NCBI GenBank assembly: GCA_945898045.1
Contig: CAMDGG010000001.1
Coordinates: forward strand, 36,148-100,147
Direction of reading: 5' to 3'
From: a bacterium UBP8_UBA817
Lineage (GTDB): Bacteria > Margulisbacteria > Marinamargulisbacteria > SXXA01 > SICP01
Length of the DNA stretch: 64,000 bases
Positions 8,654-21,200 of this stretch are shown here, piece after piece. A program made the position numbers and the translations under genes. Numbering within the stretch: position 1 is the first letter of the stretch; each line of letters starts with the position of its first letter. The notes beneath the pieces were generated by a model. That model saw only the letters and a program-made list of their open reading frames with translations, did not search any database and had not been told where the DNA came from.

Positions 8654-8658
8654 GGGTT

Positions 8659-9210
8659 ATGGACGATACCGAAATACTTGAATTACTTGATACTCTGGAA
8701 GAAATTTCTGGAGAAGGTGAGGCGTTGGAAGAGTCTGAAATTTCACTCGCATTTAGCTTATTAGATTATCCTACGCCAGAAATCGCAACCAGAGCCGCCA
8801 TTTTTTTAACAGGTCTTACTGACCCAGCTATTTTCTTGCGTCTTCTTGCCATTTTTCCAGAATGCTCGGCTGAGATTCAAAGACAATTGGCCATTTTGAT
8901 GGCGTGTCTGGATCATGTGGAAATTTATGTATTTTTGTTGGATTTTATCGAAACCGCTTCAGATGCCATCCTGTGTCTCACTATTGAAATGGCACTAGCC
9001 AACACCCGCTATCCTATTTTGGGACTCATCTTTGAAAGGCTGGATACAGCGCCCCCCCACTATCTTAGAAAACTAGAACGTATTATTCGCTCTATGGATC
9101 GTCACCGACTTAAAACCATTTTGAGGCTTTATCCGGTGGTTCCTCATGAGCGTTTTTTGCGGGATATTTTGGGGGATACGTTTATGCACGATGTATACAA
9201 GAAAAAATAG
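8659..9210 (+). CDS. Hypothetical HEAT/armadillo-like helical repeat protein, 183 aa
   Basis: Repeated LL..P.PEI..RAA..L / L...I...LA..L helix pairs. Acidic and Leu-rich. Confidence 0.75.
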   Translation: MDDTEILELLDTLEEISGEGEALEESEISLAFSLLDYPTPEIATRAAIFLTGLTDPAIFLRLLAIFPECSAEIQRQLAILMACLDHVEIYVFLLDFIETASDAILCLTIEMALANTRYPILGLIFERLDTAPPHYLRKLERIIRSMDRHRLKTILRLYPVVPHERFLRDILGDTFMHDVYKKK

Positions 9211-9271
9211 ATGCATTATTTTTACGGCTTTTATCGATTCTCTTTTAAGAGAGTCATAGAGGGAGCCTATT

Positions 9272-12200
9272 ATGAGCGCATTTCCTAATAACATTAATCA
9301 AAATTCAGATGCTTTTCGGGTTATCAAAAACCCCTTGTACCCCATGGGTTTACCGGAAGGGTTTTCTGCGCCTACAAATCAGATATCTGATCTATCGTAT
9401 ATAGACGAGTTAGCCCTGTCGCTCCCAAAGGGGGCTATTGACGACCTGTTTTTACGGAATAAGCTTTTGAGTATTTTGGATGCGGAGGCTGTTCAGGGGG
9501 CCGCCCAATCACTCTGTCGAGATTATTTACTTCATGGAACCTCCGCTCTACATTCGCCAGAAGACAGTCAACAGGTGCTAAGATTTTTAACAGAACTACA
9601 ACATCCTGCACGTGCTTTAAAATGTGGATTAAGCTTTGAACATCTAGAACTCCTACATACCGCAGCAAAAGGGATAGAGCAGCTAGAGTCACTCCCCCAG
9701 CTTTCTCAGATACCCAATGTGGGCGAGTCTATCCGAGATAGCTTGATAGACGAAGCGGGCTTTTCGGATGCGGAACTTACGTTTAGGCGGCGTGCTCAGT
9801 TGGTGGATGCAAACGCGAGTGAGCTGGTTTCTTTGACCAATGGCCTGTTTCAAATGGGCATCTTGTATGTGGGCATGTCTACCTCGGAAACAGCAGCTAC
9901 GGTATTGGCCTATGTGCAAGACCATTTTTCTTATATACAGGATGGTGCAGATGATCATTGGAATACGATTGCTGAAACGCTAAAACAGAAGGGCGGAGAT
10001 TGCGAAGATTTGGCGATGCTCACAAGCTCGCTTTTGATGCAAGTGTTGAAGCATCAGGGGTTTTCAGACGACGCCGTGCATCACATGGTTACAGTCAGTT
10101 CTGGATATATCGCAACTGATGAGGGGCCGACTAAAATTGGGCATACCATTGTGCGTTTTAAGGATCCTAGCGGTGAGACGTTAGCACTCGATGCGACTTC
10201 AAAAAATAAGCCTCTTTTGTTTTCGGATATTCCGTTTGATGAAGTGCTTCGGTTTAACGATAAAAAATTTGTTCAGCTTCAAACAATTGATCCTTTTTTT
10301 GAAACGGCGGCTCAGGTTAATTTTCGTATAAACCTTGCCGAGGGAACAACATTTGCTGCTTCTGATAGCCAAATTAATGAGGCTCAGAAGTCTATTCTAT
10401 ATAGCATTAATAAGTCAGCGGAGCGTCTCCAAGAGCATGCTTCTCTAAAGATTAAGATTCCTAGATTACGTCATGGCAATCTATACCAAGCGATGAGTGT
10501 CGAGGGATATAAACCGATAATCCCTCAGACTATTCTGCCCAATGGGGATTTTACGGCTCAGAGAGCGAATATGCCGGGCGCCACTTTTGGTTTTTTGGAG
10601 CTTTTACAAAGTGATTTTATACCCAGAACTGTAGACGCTACCAAAATATATTACGATACGCTTGTGGATGCTCTGTACCTGAAAGATAGCAAGCAGGCGA
10701 TGGTGAACGCGGGGTACAGTAATACATCTGGGGTTTATAAAACGTTTAATGTCATTACGGGGAAATATAACTCTTTAACCGGCAGTGAATTTACTGCGCT
10801 TCCGCCAGATGCTGTGGTTTATCGAAGTCTGCTCGCGTATCAGGAAATAGGGTCCGGCCTAGGTCACATTAGTCCCTCTACATTTCGTCGTGATTTAGCC
10901 AATGTCGATTCGGACGGACATGCTATCGATCCTACCTCAAACTTCATTGGAGGACCGGATGAATTTTTTAATATCAGAAAAGTTAGGGTGGAGATTAATA
11001 GTGCTGTCGACTCCTTTGACATGTATACCATACAAATTAAGGAGGAACGGTTTTTTCATTATATTGAAGATATTCGACAATTCGTAAATAAACTGACCGG
11101 ACTTTTTCTGATATCAGCCTCTTACTTGGAGTTGCTGCAAATTGCAGCTCGGGAAATTGGGGATCAGTCTCTTAATGATGAAGAAAAACAAGCCGCCAAT
11201 GCGAGACGTCAAGATGAAGATAAGCAGCATAACAAATTTGCTGAAATTATTGGAAAATGGCAAGACAAGATGGGGCAAGGCGTTCGGGATATTGAGCATG
11301 AATTAAATAATTTTATTCGGGCAACGAATGAGTCTGAGGCCGCTCGTGTTGGGTTTCTTGTAGATATGTACCCAAGAAAGATAGATGAGGCAGGCAAAGA
11401 AGATGCAGGAACGATCGTTGCAAACGTTTTCACAGGTATTGGCACTGATTTAACCGATGAATTTACGGGCGCATTTACGCAGGCAAAATCTACGGCAAAA
11501 TTTAATTTGTCTATTGTTCAGACCTCGCTCTCTGCCTTTAATGCGCAAGCAGGGTTGAGCATTACTGAACGTATTTCCAAACACATTGATCTATGGGACG
11601 CAGAACATGGTCATGCCGAAACTGAAGAGGCCATTACCGGCAACATTAACAACCCTCTGTATTTCGGCCGATCGACTTATGACGTTCAATATGGCAGTTC
11701 CAGCTTCCAAGCACTATCCAAGCGCACTAGTCGAAACGCCATTATAGAAAATATACAATTTGTTAAAAATACGGATCTTGCTGAGATACTAGGTATTATT
11801 GAGGATAAGAATAACTTTAGCCCTGCCGCCGCTGGCGCCGCTGGGGCCATCGAACTTAATTTGGGTGCCAATCGCACTGAGATTCAGCAGAATGCCGGTG
11901 CTGGACCCAGCCGTTTATTTAACGAGGCTCCTAATGTCAAAAACGATGCTGGGGCTGGAGCAGATCCTGTCATCCCTAATCTTGTCACAGATGCCCCAAC
12001 CAATAACGAGCCCAATGTCTCTATGCTCGCCAAAGTTAATAACTTAAAAATAAAAATGGAAACAATTCAAAGTCAAATAACCAATGCAGCGACTTTAAAT
12101 CCACCTTTGACGCAAACCCAGATTGCGGTACTTCAGTCTGATCTTCTAGCAGCGGATGCAAAGCTAGACGATACCATGGGCATTACCAAACAGCGCCAAG

Positions 12201-15200
12201 CGATAGTCGATACCACCAAGCGCTTAAATGCTATTACTGCAGACCCAACACTTCCTCCTGGGCCCAATTTTTATGCGCCGGCAATTAAATATGCCTCTAT
12301 AGCGGAAGAAACTGCGGATCTCACAAAGATCTTGAATGGTACACCTGGTGTTCAGCCCAGTCTTCAAAAGAAATTAGATGACATGCTCGTTAGCAAAGCA
12401 AAGCATTCGGTACCTCCAAGTGAGATTCAGGCTGCGGATTTATTGACAAAAGAAAACTTAGATAAGGTAAACGCACAGGTTAGTGGCCAGAGCCCTGATA
12501 TTCCAGCAGCAGCGGGAGGATCTGAGAGATATTTCTTTGATTACAATATGCCGAGACAAGCCACGATGCGCCGAGATCTTATTCAATATCAAAACTTTAT
12601 GCGTGCTGCATTAATTGCTAAACAAAATTTAACAGGAAAAATAAAAGAGGAAGCCGCAAAATTGGGGGATTCCCAGGGCTCTGGCTCAGAAACAATCTTA
12701 CGTCGATATGCGTCCCAAGCATTGGAAGCCGACTTATCTATACAGTACGGGGCATTTGACAATGCGATGCAAGAAACGTTCCAGTTAGGCAGTCTATTAA
12801 ATGAATTGGCGACACATCAGCTGGAATATTACAGAGCCACCCAAATGGCAGCCATGAAAGCCACCAAATTTGCGCTTCAACTTGTAGTAGAGGCCACCTC
12901 TATGGCAGCAGGAAATGCTTTGTCTCCGCTATCTACCCTTGCTTTTGCGGATCCGTTTTACTTTTCATATTTGTTTAATACCGTGGCGACACAGGCTGTA
13001 GATACATTGGGTGCTGGTTGGGAAATGGGGATTGATAAAGCCACAGCAGAATACTATCGCCCTACTATCATGCAACTATCGGATACAGAATTTAATACGG
13101 CGTATACCAATCAAAAATTAAATTCACAGAGTATTAAAACTTTTGATCAAGCCACTTTAGACAGCAAGAAAACACTGGATTTATTTAGCCAAGATTCTTT
13201 TCAGTTTTTTGAGCATGCCACCGATTCACTTTTGCTTCATACCCAAAATTTATTTAATCCTGTCGTCACTCGTTCGTTCACCAAAGATGGCGGAACAGCT
13301 TCAGGAAACACTTACAAAGATACCGTACCTATTTTTATTCAGGACCGCCATGATGGGTTTTATGTAACTGATGGATATGAAATGTATTTGCGTGAAGGTC
13401 CATCCAGAACTTCTAAAGATTTGTCGATACCAAGATCAGAGGCCGCGACTAATTTTGAGCAACCGCTATGGAGTTATTTTGCAAAAATTAAGATGTATAT
13501 GTTTGTTTTGTATGCACTTTATGATGCTGTTGAAACGATATTAGGAGATATGTTTGGCACGCAAAAAAGCTCTAATATCCAGAAATTTGATGGCATGATT
13601 GATTCTTTTGTGGGATATCAACGGTCATTGATTGGCAATTTCAAACAAGAAACAAGTGCATTTTTACAATCAACCAAACAAAATGCCGAAAAAGAAAAGA
13701 AGATCGAATTTGATATTTACGATGTCGCTTCGGCAGGTACCAAAATAGCTGTAGCTGCGTTGTCTGCTTTTCCAAATGCAGGACGTGTATTGGTAATGTC
13801 AGGAAATATTCTGGCAGACGCAGCAGAAATGATTCGGAAACGTGCTGCGGGGACATTCGCGGGGACATTCGCTGAGTATAGAGATAGATCAGGGAGCACA
13901 AAACCTGCTGCGCCTATCGTTTTAAATGCTTCGCTTTTCCCGGAATATACTACGCTCGATCCTATTAAAGAAAAAGCAGTTATTGACCTGGAGGTCCTCC
14001 AAACAATTGTCACTGGGTTCAATGAAGCAACACTTTCGGACCCCCTAGGAGATTATACGAGATATAATCCTACCAAACTCAAGCTTCCAGATCCCTCTAA
14101 AGCACCCGCAAGCGAACGCGAGGCTATTGCACAAGATGCACGGCGATATTTATCGTGGTTTGAGCTTGATCAGATGGAAAGCAAAGTGATTAATGAGATG
14201 TATCTCAAAAATCAAAATGACCCTTATCATCCTACCGCCCTGCAATATACAACCGCCAACTTTACTGACATTATTGCAGCCCAAACTTCTCTTAATAATA
14301 TTTTTACGATACGCACTATTTACATGATGATTGAGCAAGGGCTACTTAATGCCAAGCAGCAGACGATTAAAGATATGTTTGGGCATTCTATTTCATCCAA
14401 TATTTTGTCGAAAACAATGGCTATTGTAGATCAATACAATCAATCTCAGTTGGACTCTATTAATTCTTTAACGCAAGAATTTAGTAGTCGCGCCGAAGCA
14501 CACAATAAGTATGAAGAAGAAGTCATGGGCTTGGAGGTGGATTCGGCAGCTATTCCTATAGGTGCTGTGGCGTTTTGGATAGTTACACCTACTCCTAATC
14601 CAACGGGAGGAGGGGGAAGTAAATATGCCAACTGGGAGAAAAAAATTGTAGCTGGAAAATCGGGTAAACAGGCGGCCCAATCTCTAGGGAATTTAACCAT
14701 TGGACTTGTTGGTATTATTTCTGGCCTAGAAAAAAAAATAAACCCTATTAAATCTGAGTTTTTAAATTATGAGGTTGCTACACAGCAAGATAAGGACCGA
14801 GACGCAAATATTAAAGAAAAGACCGATGAAAAAGATAAGCTTGAGAAAAAACAGAAATCTGGAACCCCCCTAACGGATGATGAAAAAAAGACACTTAGTA
14901 AGCTTAAAAATGATACTGGCCCCGGCTCATTAGCCAGTATGCAAACAGCAAAAATACGGTCCACACAAAAGCGTCAAGAGAGTGATTCTACCAACATTAA
15001 TATGGGGCAAGATCAATTGAAGTTTGTTGGATCTGGCCAAATGGTTGTACAACGGGGCGCAAAAAATGAAGCCACTTCGAAACTCACCCGAAAAGCGCGG
15101 CAGGCTGAGATGATACAGCAAGTCCGTTTATCCTTGGCGGATGCGTTTATGGATAGCTCGGATGAAATGTCGGGATCAAAATCTAGCCGGTCCTATCGAG

Positions 15201-18200
15201 GGGTTATAGGAATCATTAATCGTACGAAAGGTGTCGAGTCTAGCCAGATTGATCTCATGGAACAAGCACTCGAAGCTAAGGCCAATGAAAGTAATAGGGC
15301 CATGAATAAGATTGTTAGCGCGGCTGTTTCGATGATAGCGCAAGGGATTGAAGCGCTCGCTGCCAAAAAGGTCGCAAAGGCCAAATCCGGGGATGCTCGT
15401 GAAAAACGCAGCTTAAAAGTTGAGAAGAATAAAAAAAATATAAAACATCTTGAAAAGAAACAGGCTGACAAAAAAGCGCAAGGTAAAAAACTTAGTAAGA
15501 GCGACGCAAAAGATCTCAAACTACTACAAACCCGCACCAAAAAACTTGAAGCCAAACAGGAAAAATCTAACGCTAAGGCAGAGGCTAAAGAAAAAAAGAG
15601 TGGTCCAAAGCCCGTTACGAAAGCAGACAAGCTTCGCAATCATTGGCTTGGTGCACGCAACGAATTTAAAGGCGGTAGCAAATGGGCTAAGGTACTTCAT
15701 ACTATTGGCAGAGTTGCCGGTGGCGTCGGGCATATGCTCTACCGCCTTCTTACTCTTCCTATTTACCTTATTAACAAAGCATTTACTGTGATTGCAAAAG
15801 TTCTGGCCTGGAAAGAGGCCCGCAACAACAAGGCAGCAGCTAAAACTATGAAGAAAAAAGAGGATAAGCAAGATAAAAAAATTAAAGCGAAAGAAGACAA
15901 AGTTAAAGAACTCTCTAACAAACTCAATGATGCTCAAGAGAAAAAAGAAAGTGGCGGCTTGGTTGTTCACCTAAGCGATAAAGAAAAAGCCTCTATTAAC
16001 GCAGAAATTTCTACACTTCAAACTGATATCTCTAGCATGTCTGCATCTATGCAAAGTATGAAGATGACTAGAATCTCTCTAGAAACACCTAAGGTCTCCA
16101 AAGAACAAAGTGATGAGGGATCTAATCCCAACGTCACAGAAATACAACGCAACGCAAAAGCCCGTGACCAAATGCGCAGCAAACGGCAATGGCGCGTCAC
16201 GGGACACATGAGTCAGATACTGGCCAACATTATTGCAGACGGCATCATCTCTGCCTCAACCGGAAGCAACATGGGACTGGCAGGTCAAGCCAACCTGGCT
16301 AAAATCACAGATGGTATTGATGGTGACAATGTCTTGGCTGGTAATGACGGTGATATGGGTATTAAAGATACGGCTGATCTGGAAAATGCAACTTTGGGAA
16401 TGCAGCTTGAAAAAGCCAATTCACAGGCCTCGACAGAAGTCATGCGCATACAAAATCGATTTGATCAGGCCGCAGCAAGAGCACTGCGTCAACATGCCTT
16501 AGATCCCCTTATCAAGGCATCTCTTGGCATGAGCAGAAAACAACAAGAAGCCACTATAGAACAAAAAAAACATGAATTGACCGATATGATCATCAGGATC
16601 CAACGCAGAAAACAAAAGGGGAGTGACTCTAATCCAACGCCAGTTACAAGAGATGACATCATAAAAGAGATGGGATGGAAAGGTGCGGTCGCGGCCGGCA
16701 TTATGACGGGCGGGATAAAATACGCCAATGCCGTGAGTAGATTCATGTTTGGAAACGGGAAAACATACGCCACAATTGATACAGACCTCAAAGACAAGGC
16801 CTCAGCAAAAGGGGATAAATCAGTCGAATCTAAACTCGACGAAAAAATTAATGAGTTAGAAAAGATGACCTCGCGTACCAAAGAGCAAGATACTACTCTG
16901 GTAGAATACAAGAATCATAAAAAGTTAATTGAAGATGTCAGAACTTTCGAAGGGAAAATACGGCAATCTGCAGAAGAAAAAGTCAAGCTGGCAGGACAAC
17001 TCAGGGAATCAGGGGAAGATTCCTCCGCTGTTTCAAATCTTGTCCTTTCAGCTGACGAGGAAAAGGCTCTACCTGAAATGAAAATTAAGTTAGATGCTAT
17101 GAATAAAGACCGAAAAAAAGAGTTCGGCATTGAAGACGCTAGTGTTAGCGGATGGTCTAAATTAGGAGCTTATGCAAAACGTACAGGCTTTATGAACTTG
17201 CTTGGATTTAATGTTCAAATCCAGTCTGGAAAATCTGTACTCGCAAACTCGAAGAACGACAAACAGTTTCAGTTTGCTGTGCAGCAGTTGTTTTTAGAGA
17301 GACGTATTTTGGAAAGTAAAATTGCCTATGATGAGGCCCGTTCGACAGATGCAACTTATGCGGATCAACTTTTGGGTCAACGCAGAATGCGTTTACAAGA
17401 TGCGGAAAACGTATTAACGGTGGGCGCAAACTTAGAGCGAATGACCGAAGATTTAAAAGGCAATGCGATTTTAGAACCGGTTCAGAAATCGTTTCAAGAG
17501 TTACAAGACGTCACGGATAGGGTTTTAAAACTTGGGACATTTACGGAATCTGATTTAGCCAGTGCCATGGGTACTCAGGACACTGAAGCTGTATCTAAAC
17601 TCTTTAAATCCCTTGTCGATTCTGGTTATGCAGAAAAAGCTATGGCGACCATTCTTGTACCTGATGGCGTAGATGCTAATGGAAACCCAAAATTTTCAGA
17701 AAAACAAGTGCCTGCCATTATGATGACTGCCAAGTATTACAGTCGGATGTCGCGACATTCCGACAAAAATTCTGATGGCACGTTAGTAGATCCCGTGGAT
17801 AGATTGATTAAAAACGCGGGTTTTACCGATACTAAAACAGCCAAAACACTTTTGACACAATTTTCGGGCTCTACTGAAGCGTTGGATAGCATTTATCGTG
17901 CAAGAAACGACATGGAAACGGCAGCGGCTACACTAATGAGTGGCATGACGCTATCGACAACTCAAGTCTCTACATTTCAGAAGGCACTAAAGACATTATC
18001 TCCGGTAGATTTAGAAAAAAAGCTTCCTTCATTCATTATGACTCAGGGAACTGATGGTGTATTAACGCCTGTAGAACTGGGTAAAACCACAGATCTTTCA
18101 AACCATGTCCCCATTATGGTTGTTAATGGAGATCCCGGCAACGAAGAGCTCTCTGTTCTCTGGGTAACCTCCTCTACAAGCGCAACTGAAGCTGCGTTGT

Positions 18201-21200
18201 TGGAAAAACTGCCCAAAGGAACACGATTATTTAAAGCGGAAACAGATAAAGCTTTATTACCAGACCCTAATTTTGAAGGATCAAAAGCGGCAGAGTATGA
18301 CACGGCGGTCAGCAACGTGGTAGATGCGATGTCTTCCTCAAACCAGGTCTCCGTCGATAATGTTGCCGCCTTAACTAAACTCACTACCTTTTTAAATAAT
18401 TTTACTAATACTACGGCCACTGCTGGGCATGCGCCGGCGGGATCTGCCGCGCAGGCTATTGGCAGAAGCCAAGGGTTTAACAAAGCATTGCGCGCTGTTA
18501 ATTTGGCCACGCGGACGAGTATGGATGCACGAGATGATATCAGCAGGCGATTATTGAACTCGGGGGTCGAGGAAGATGATATCAAGGCAATTCTCGAAGA
18601 CTTATATAAAGACGAGCTCATAAATAAAACCACTGGCCAAGCTACCAACCTGACGCCAGATAACATTAAGGCTGCAGTCTCTAAACGCAAAGGAGATACG
18701 GTGAAGGCCATTCTTCAACAATCACTCACCGATCAATACCAACAACGTACCATCAAAGATGATATAGAGCGTCGTGGAGGTAAAACTCAAGCAGAATATC
18801 AGAGTTTTTTAAATCTTCTAGATACTTCGATCTCCCTCGCTGACACCACTTATAACGCAGGAGGAGCCACCCCGAACACTAACGAACAGAACGCCCTCAC
18901 GGCTTTAAAAACAGTTATTTCTGCCTATGGGCAAAAGGCTTCTGATACAGCTAACGATCAAAAGCGGTTTGTTATGGGTGTTCGCACATCCAATGCCCAA
19001 GTGTTTAGTTACGATGATGTCAAATTTGATGTTTTTGGTAGTTTTGGCAAAGGCTTAACAGGAGCCGCACTTGAACGTCTTGACGTCGTAGCCCCACAGA
19101 ACCGGCGCAACTTGGCCATTGGACGGGCGCAGGAAGAATTGGGTATTAATCCGGCACGGGCTGTGCGTAGTTTGCGGGAATTGTATAAAGAAGATTACAT
19201 TCGGAATGAAGCGGGTGAAATTTTATATAATACTGATATGGCAGCCATGGCCAATAAACCAAGCGCTGCCAACCCTCCTGTGTTACGCTTTAATGTCCAA
19301 AAGGCGTTTTTTGAAGATGTAGAAAAGGCAGCCTCCCGTATACACGGACACATGAATACTGAGGGTGGCGCCCAAATTGCAGCACAGATTGTGATGGCAA
19401 CAATCGACAACTTTAGCCAAGCTGGCAAAGAATATATGGAGGAAGAAACACGCAATTTTCTACCCCATTTGCTTCGCATATTTCAGAATGAAGCGCCAGA
19501 AGATGCCGAGAAACTTATCGCAGCGCTCATCGCGCAAAACCAGAACAACCCAAGAGGCCTAGCAACAGTGATGGACGGGATAAGTAGAGCTGGGCAGACA
19601 GACGTGCAATTTTTCAAAGGGCTTGTTGACCAAAATAAAGCCCAGCGATTTGCATTGTCTGTATTGCAGCTTAACCTTGGTGGTCAAACAGCCTCTATGG
19701 GTCTAAATCCTACAGAAGAAGCTGCAATGATGATGGAACAAAGGGGTATTGATGTCAACAAAAATGCGGCTGACTTTCGTCAGGCTATTATTAAATCGGA
19801 GAATATCGTCGATATTTTTGCCCATACGACTGCTGCCGATTTACAACAAGGGGGCTTCGCGGCAATTATAAAAAACGACCAAGATTTCGTGACAGTGGAG
19901 GAGAAATTAAAAGCAGTAGCAAGCGATAAAATGGCCCCCGATGGAAAACGTTTTCTTGCAAATCAGGCTCTCAGAAATATTTATGCAGCACGTGACAAAT
20001 CTCCCAATACTAACGATATCGATCTTTTTTCTGGAGATACGACACTATCGCCTAAGGAGTTTGGCGCCATTGGACAATCAGGGCTTTTCTCTAAACCTCT
20101 GTATGGCAATAAGGGGGTTAATGAAAATTTAGAGGAGTTGGCTAACAAATTGCGAGATCCTAAGACACGCACGCAAACAGTTGCCGCACTCAATGCATCT
20201 GGTGGAGCCGGGATTCGTGATTTATCGATTCTACTGAGCCAAGCCAATAATTCAGATGTTGGTGCAGTACGACATGAATCCGCGGGGCAAAAAGGATTTG
20301 TTGCAGCGACCGCTATTTTGGATAATCTGATCGATATAAACTCGGCTGATTCTGAGGCCGTTTTATTTAAACTAGCACCTGTACTAGCAGGTCCGTTACG
20401 CTCTAGCCTACCAACACAAACGGTCAGCAAGTATCTAGACCAACCTAACTCACAACGCACGACTGATCCAGATGCGTTGATAGCATTGGATTTAACAACA
20501 CGCTTCAAAAATGACCAGGCGTCTTCACAACAGTTTTTAAACGGTGTTACGACCTCTAACAAGGAGGGTGTTCGTAGTGCTACACCTGCTTTTATAAACG
20601 AACTTGATAATGCTGATGATGAAAAATTAAGAAAATTTGCGGCGTTAGTTGCAAAATCCTTGGCAACACAGTCCACTACGACGGGCGCAAACGGCCAAGA
20701 TACACTTGTTGGAGACGAATTGTTGGCTACTGTCGCTATTCCTGTGTTGACTGAAGAACAGAATAAGAAATTTGCCGGTTATTTAGGTGAAGAGGTTGAG
20801 AAATTTAATAAGCATTTAACGGATGGAAATAAGATAGATATTGATGAGCGAATTAATAAGTTGGCGGCTAGAACAGCACATGAGCACAAAGATAAGGCTG
20901 ATCAGTTTAGAGATTCTTTAAACCATGGCATGCTCAGTCGTCGGCCTCAATTTTTACTTGGAAAAGATCTTAAAACAGGTCTTGCAGATGAAGCTAAGAA
21001 ATTGGCAAACAAACCGGATTCATCTGCCGATGTCGCGGCGCTTAATACGTTCAACCGAGATATGGTGTTGCATGGAGATAGACAGGCAGCCGCTGCGTTA
21101 ATCACTGAGCTCCTTACAGTCACTACGCCAGAAGCTAAACAACACGCAAACGCCGCCAAGAGATTAACACGCTCCGTTGGCCAGTTGACCCTCAACCCCA

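Noticed and set aside
13847-13872. 12-bp tandem duplication as a phase-variation or contingency locus
   Set aside because: It has only two copies and is in frame, so it cannot switch expression.
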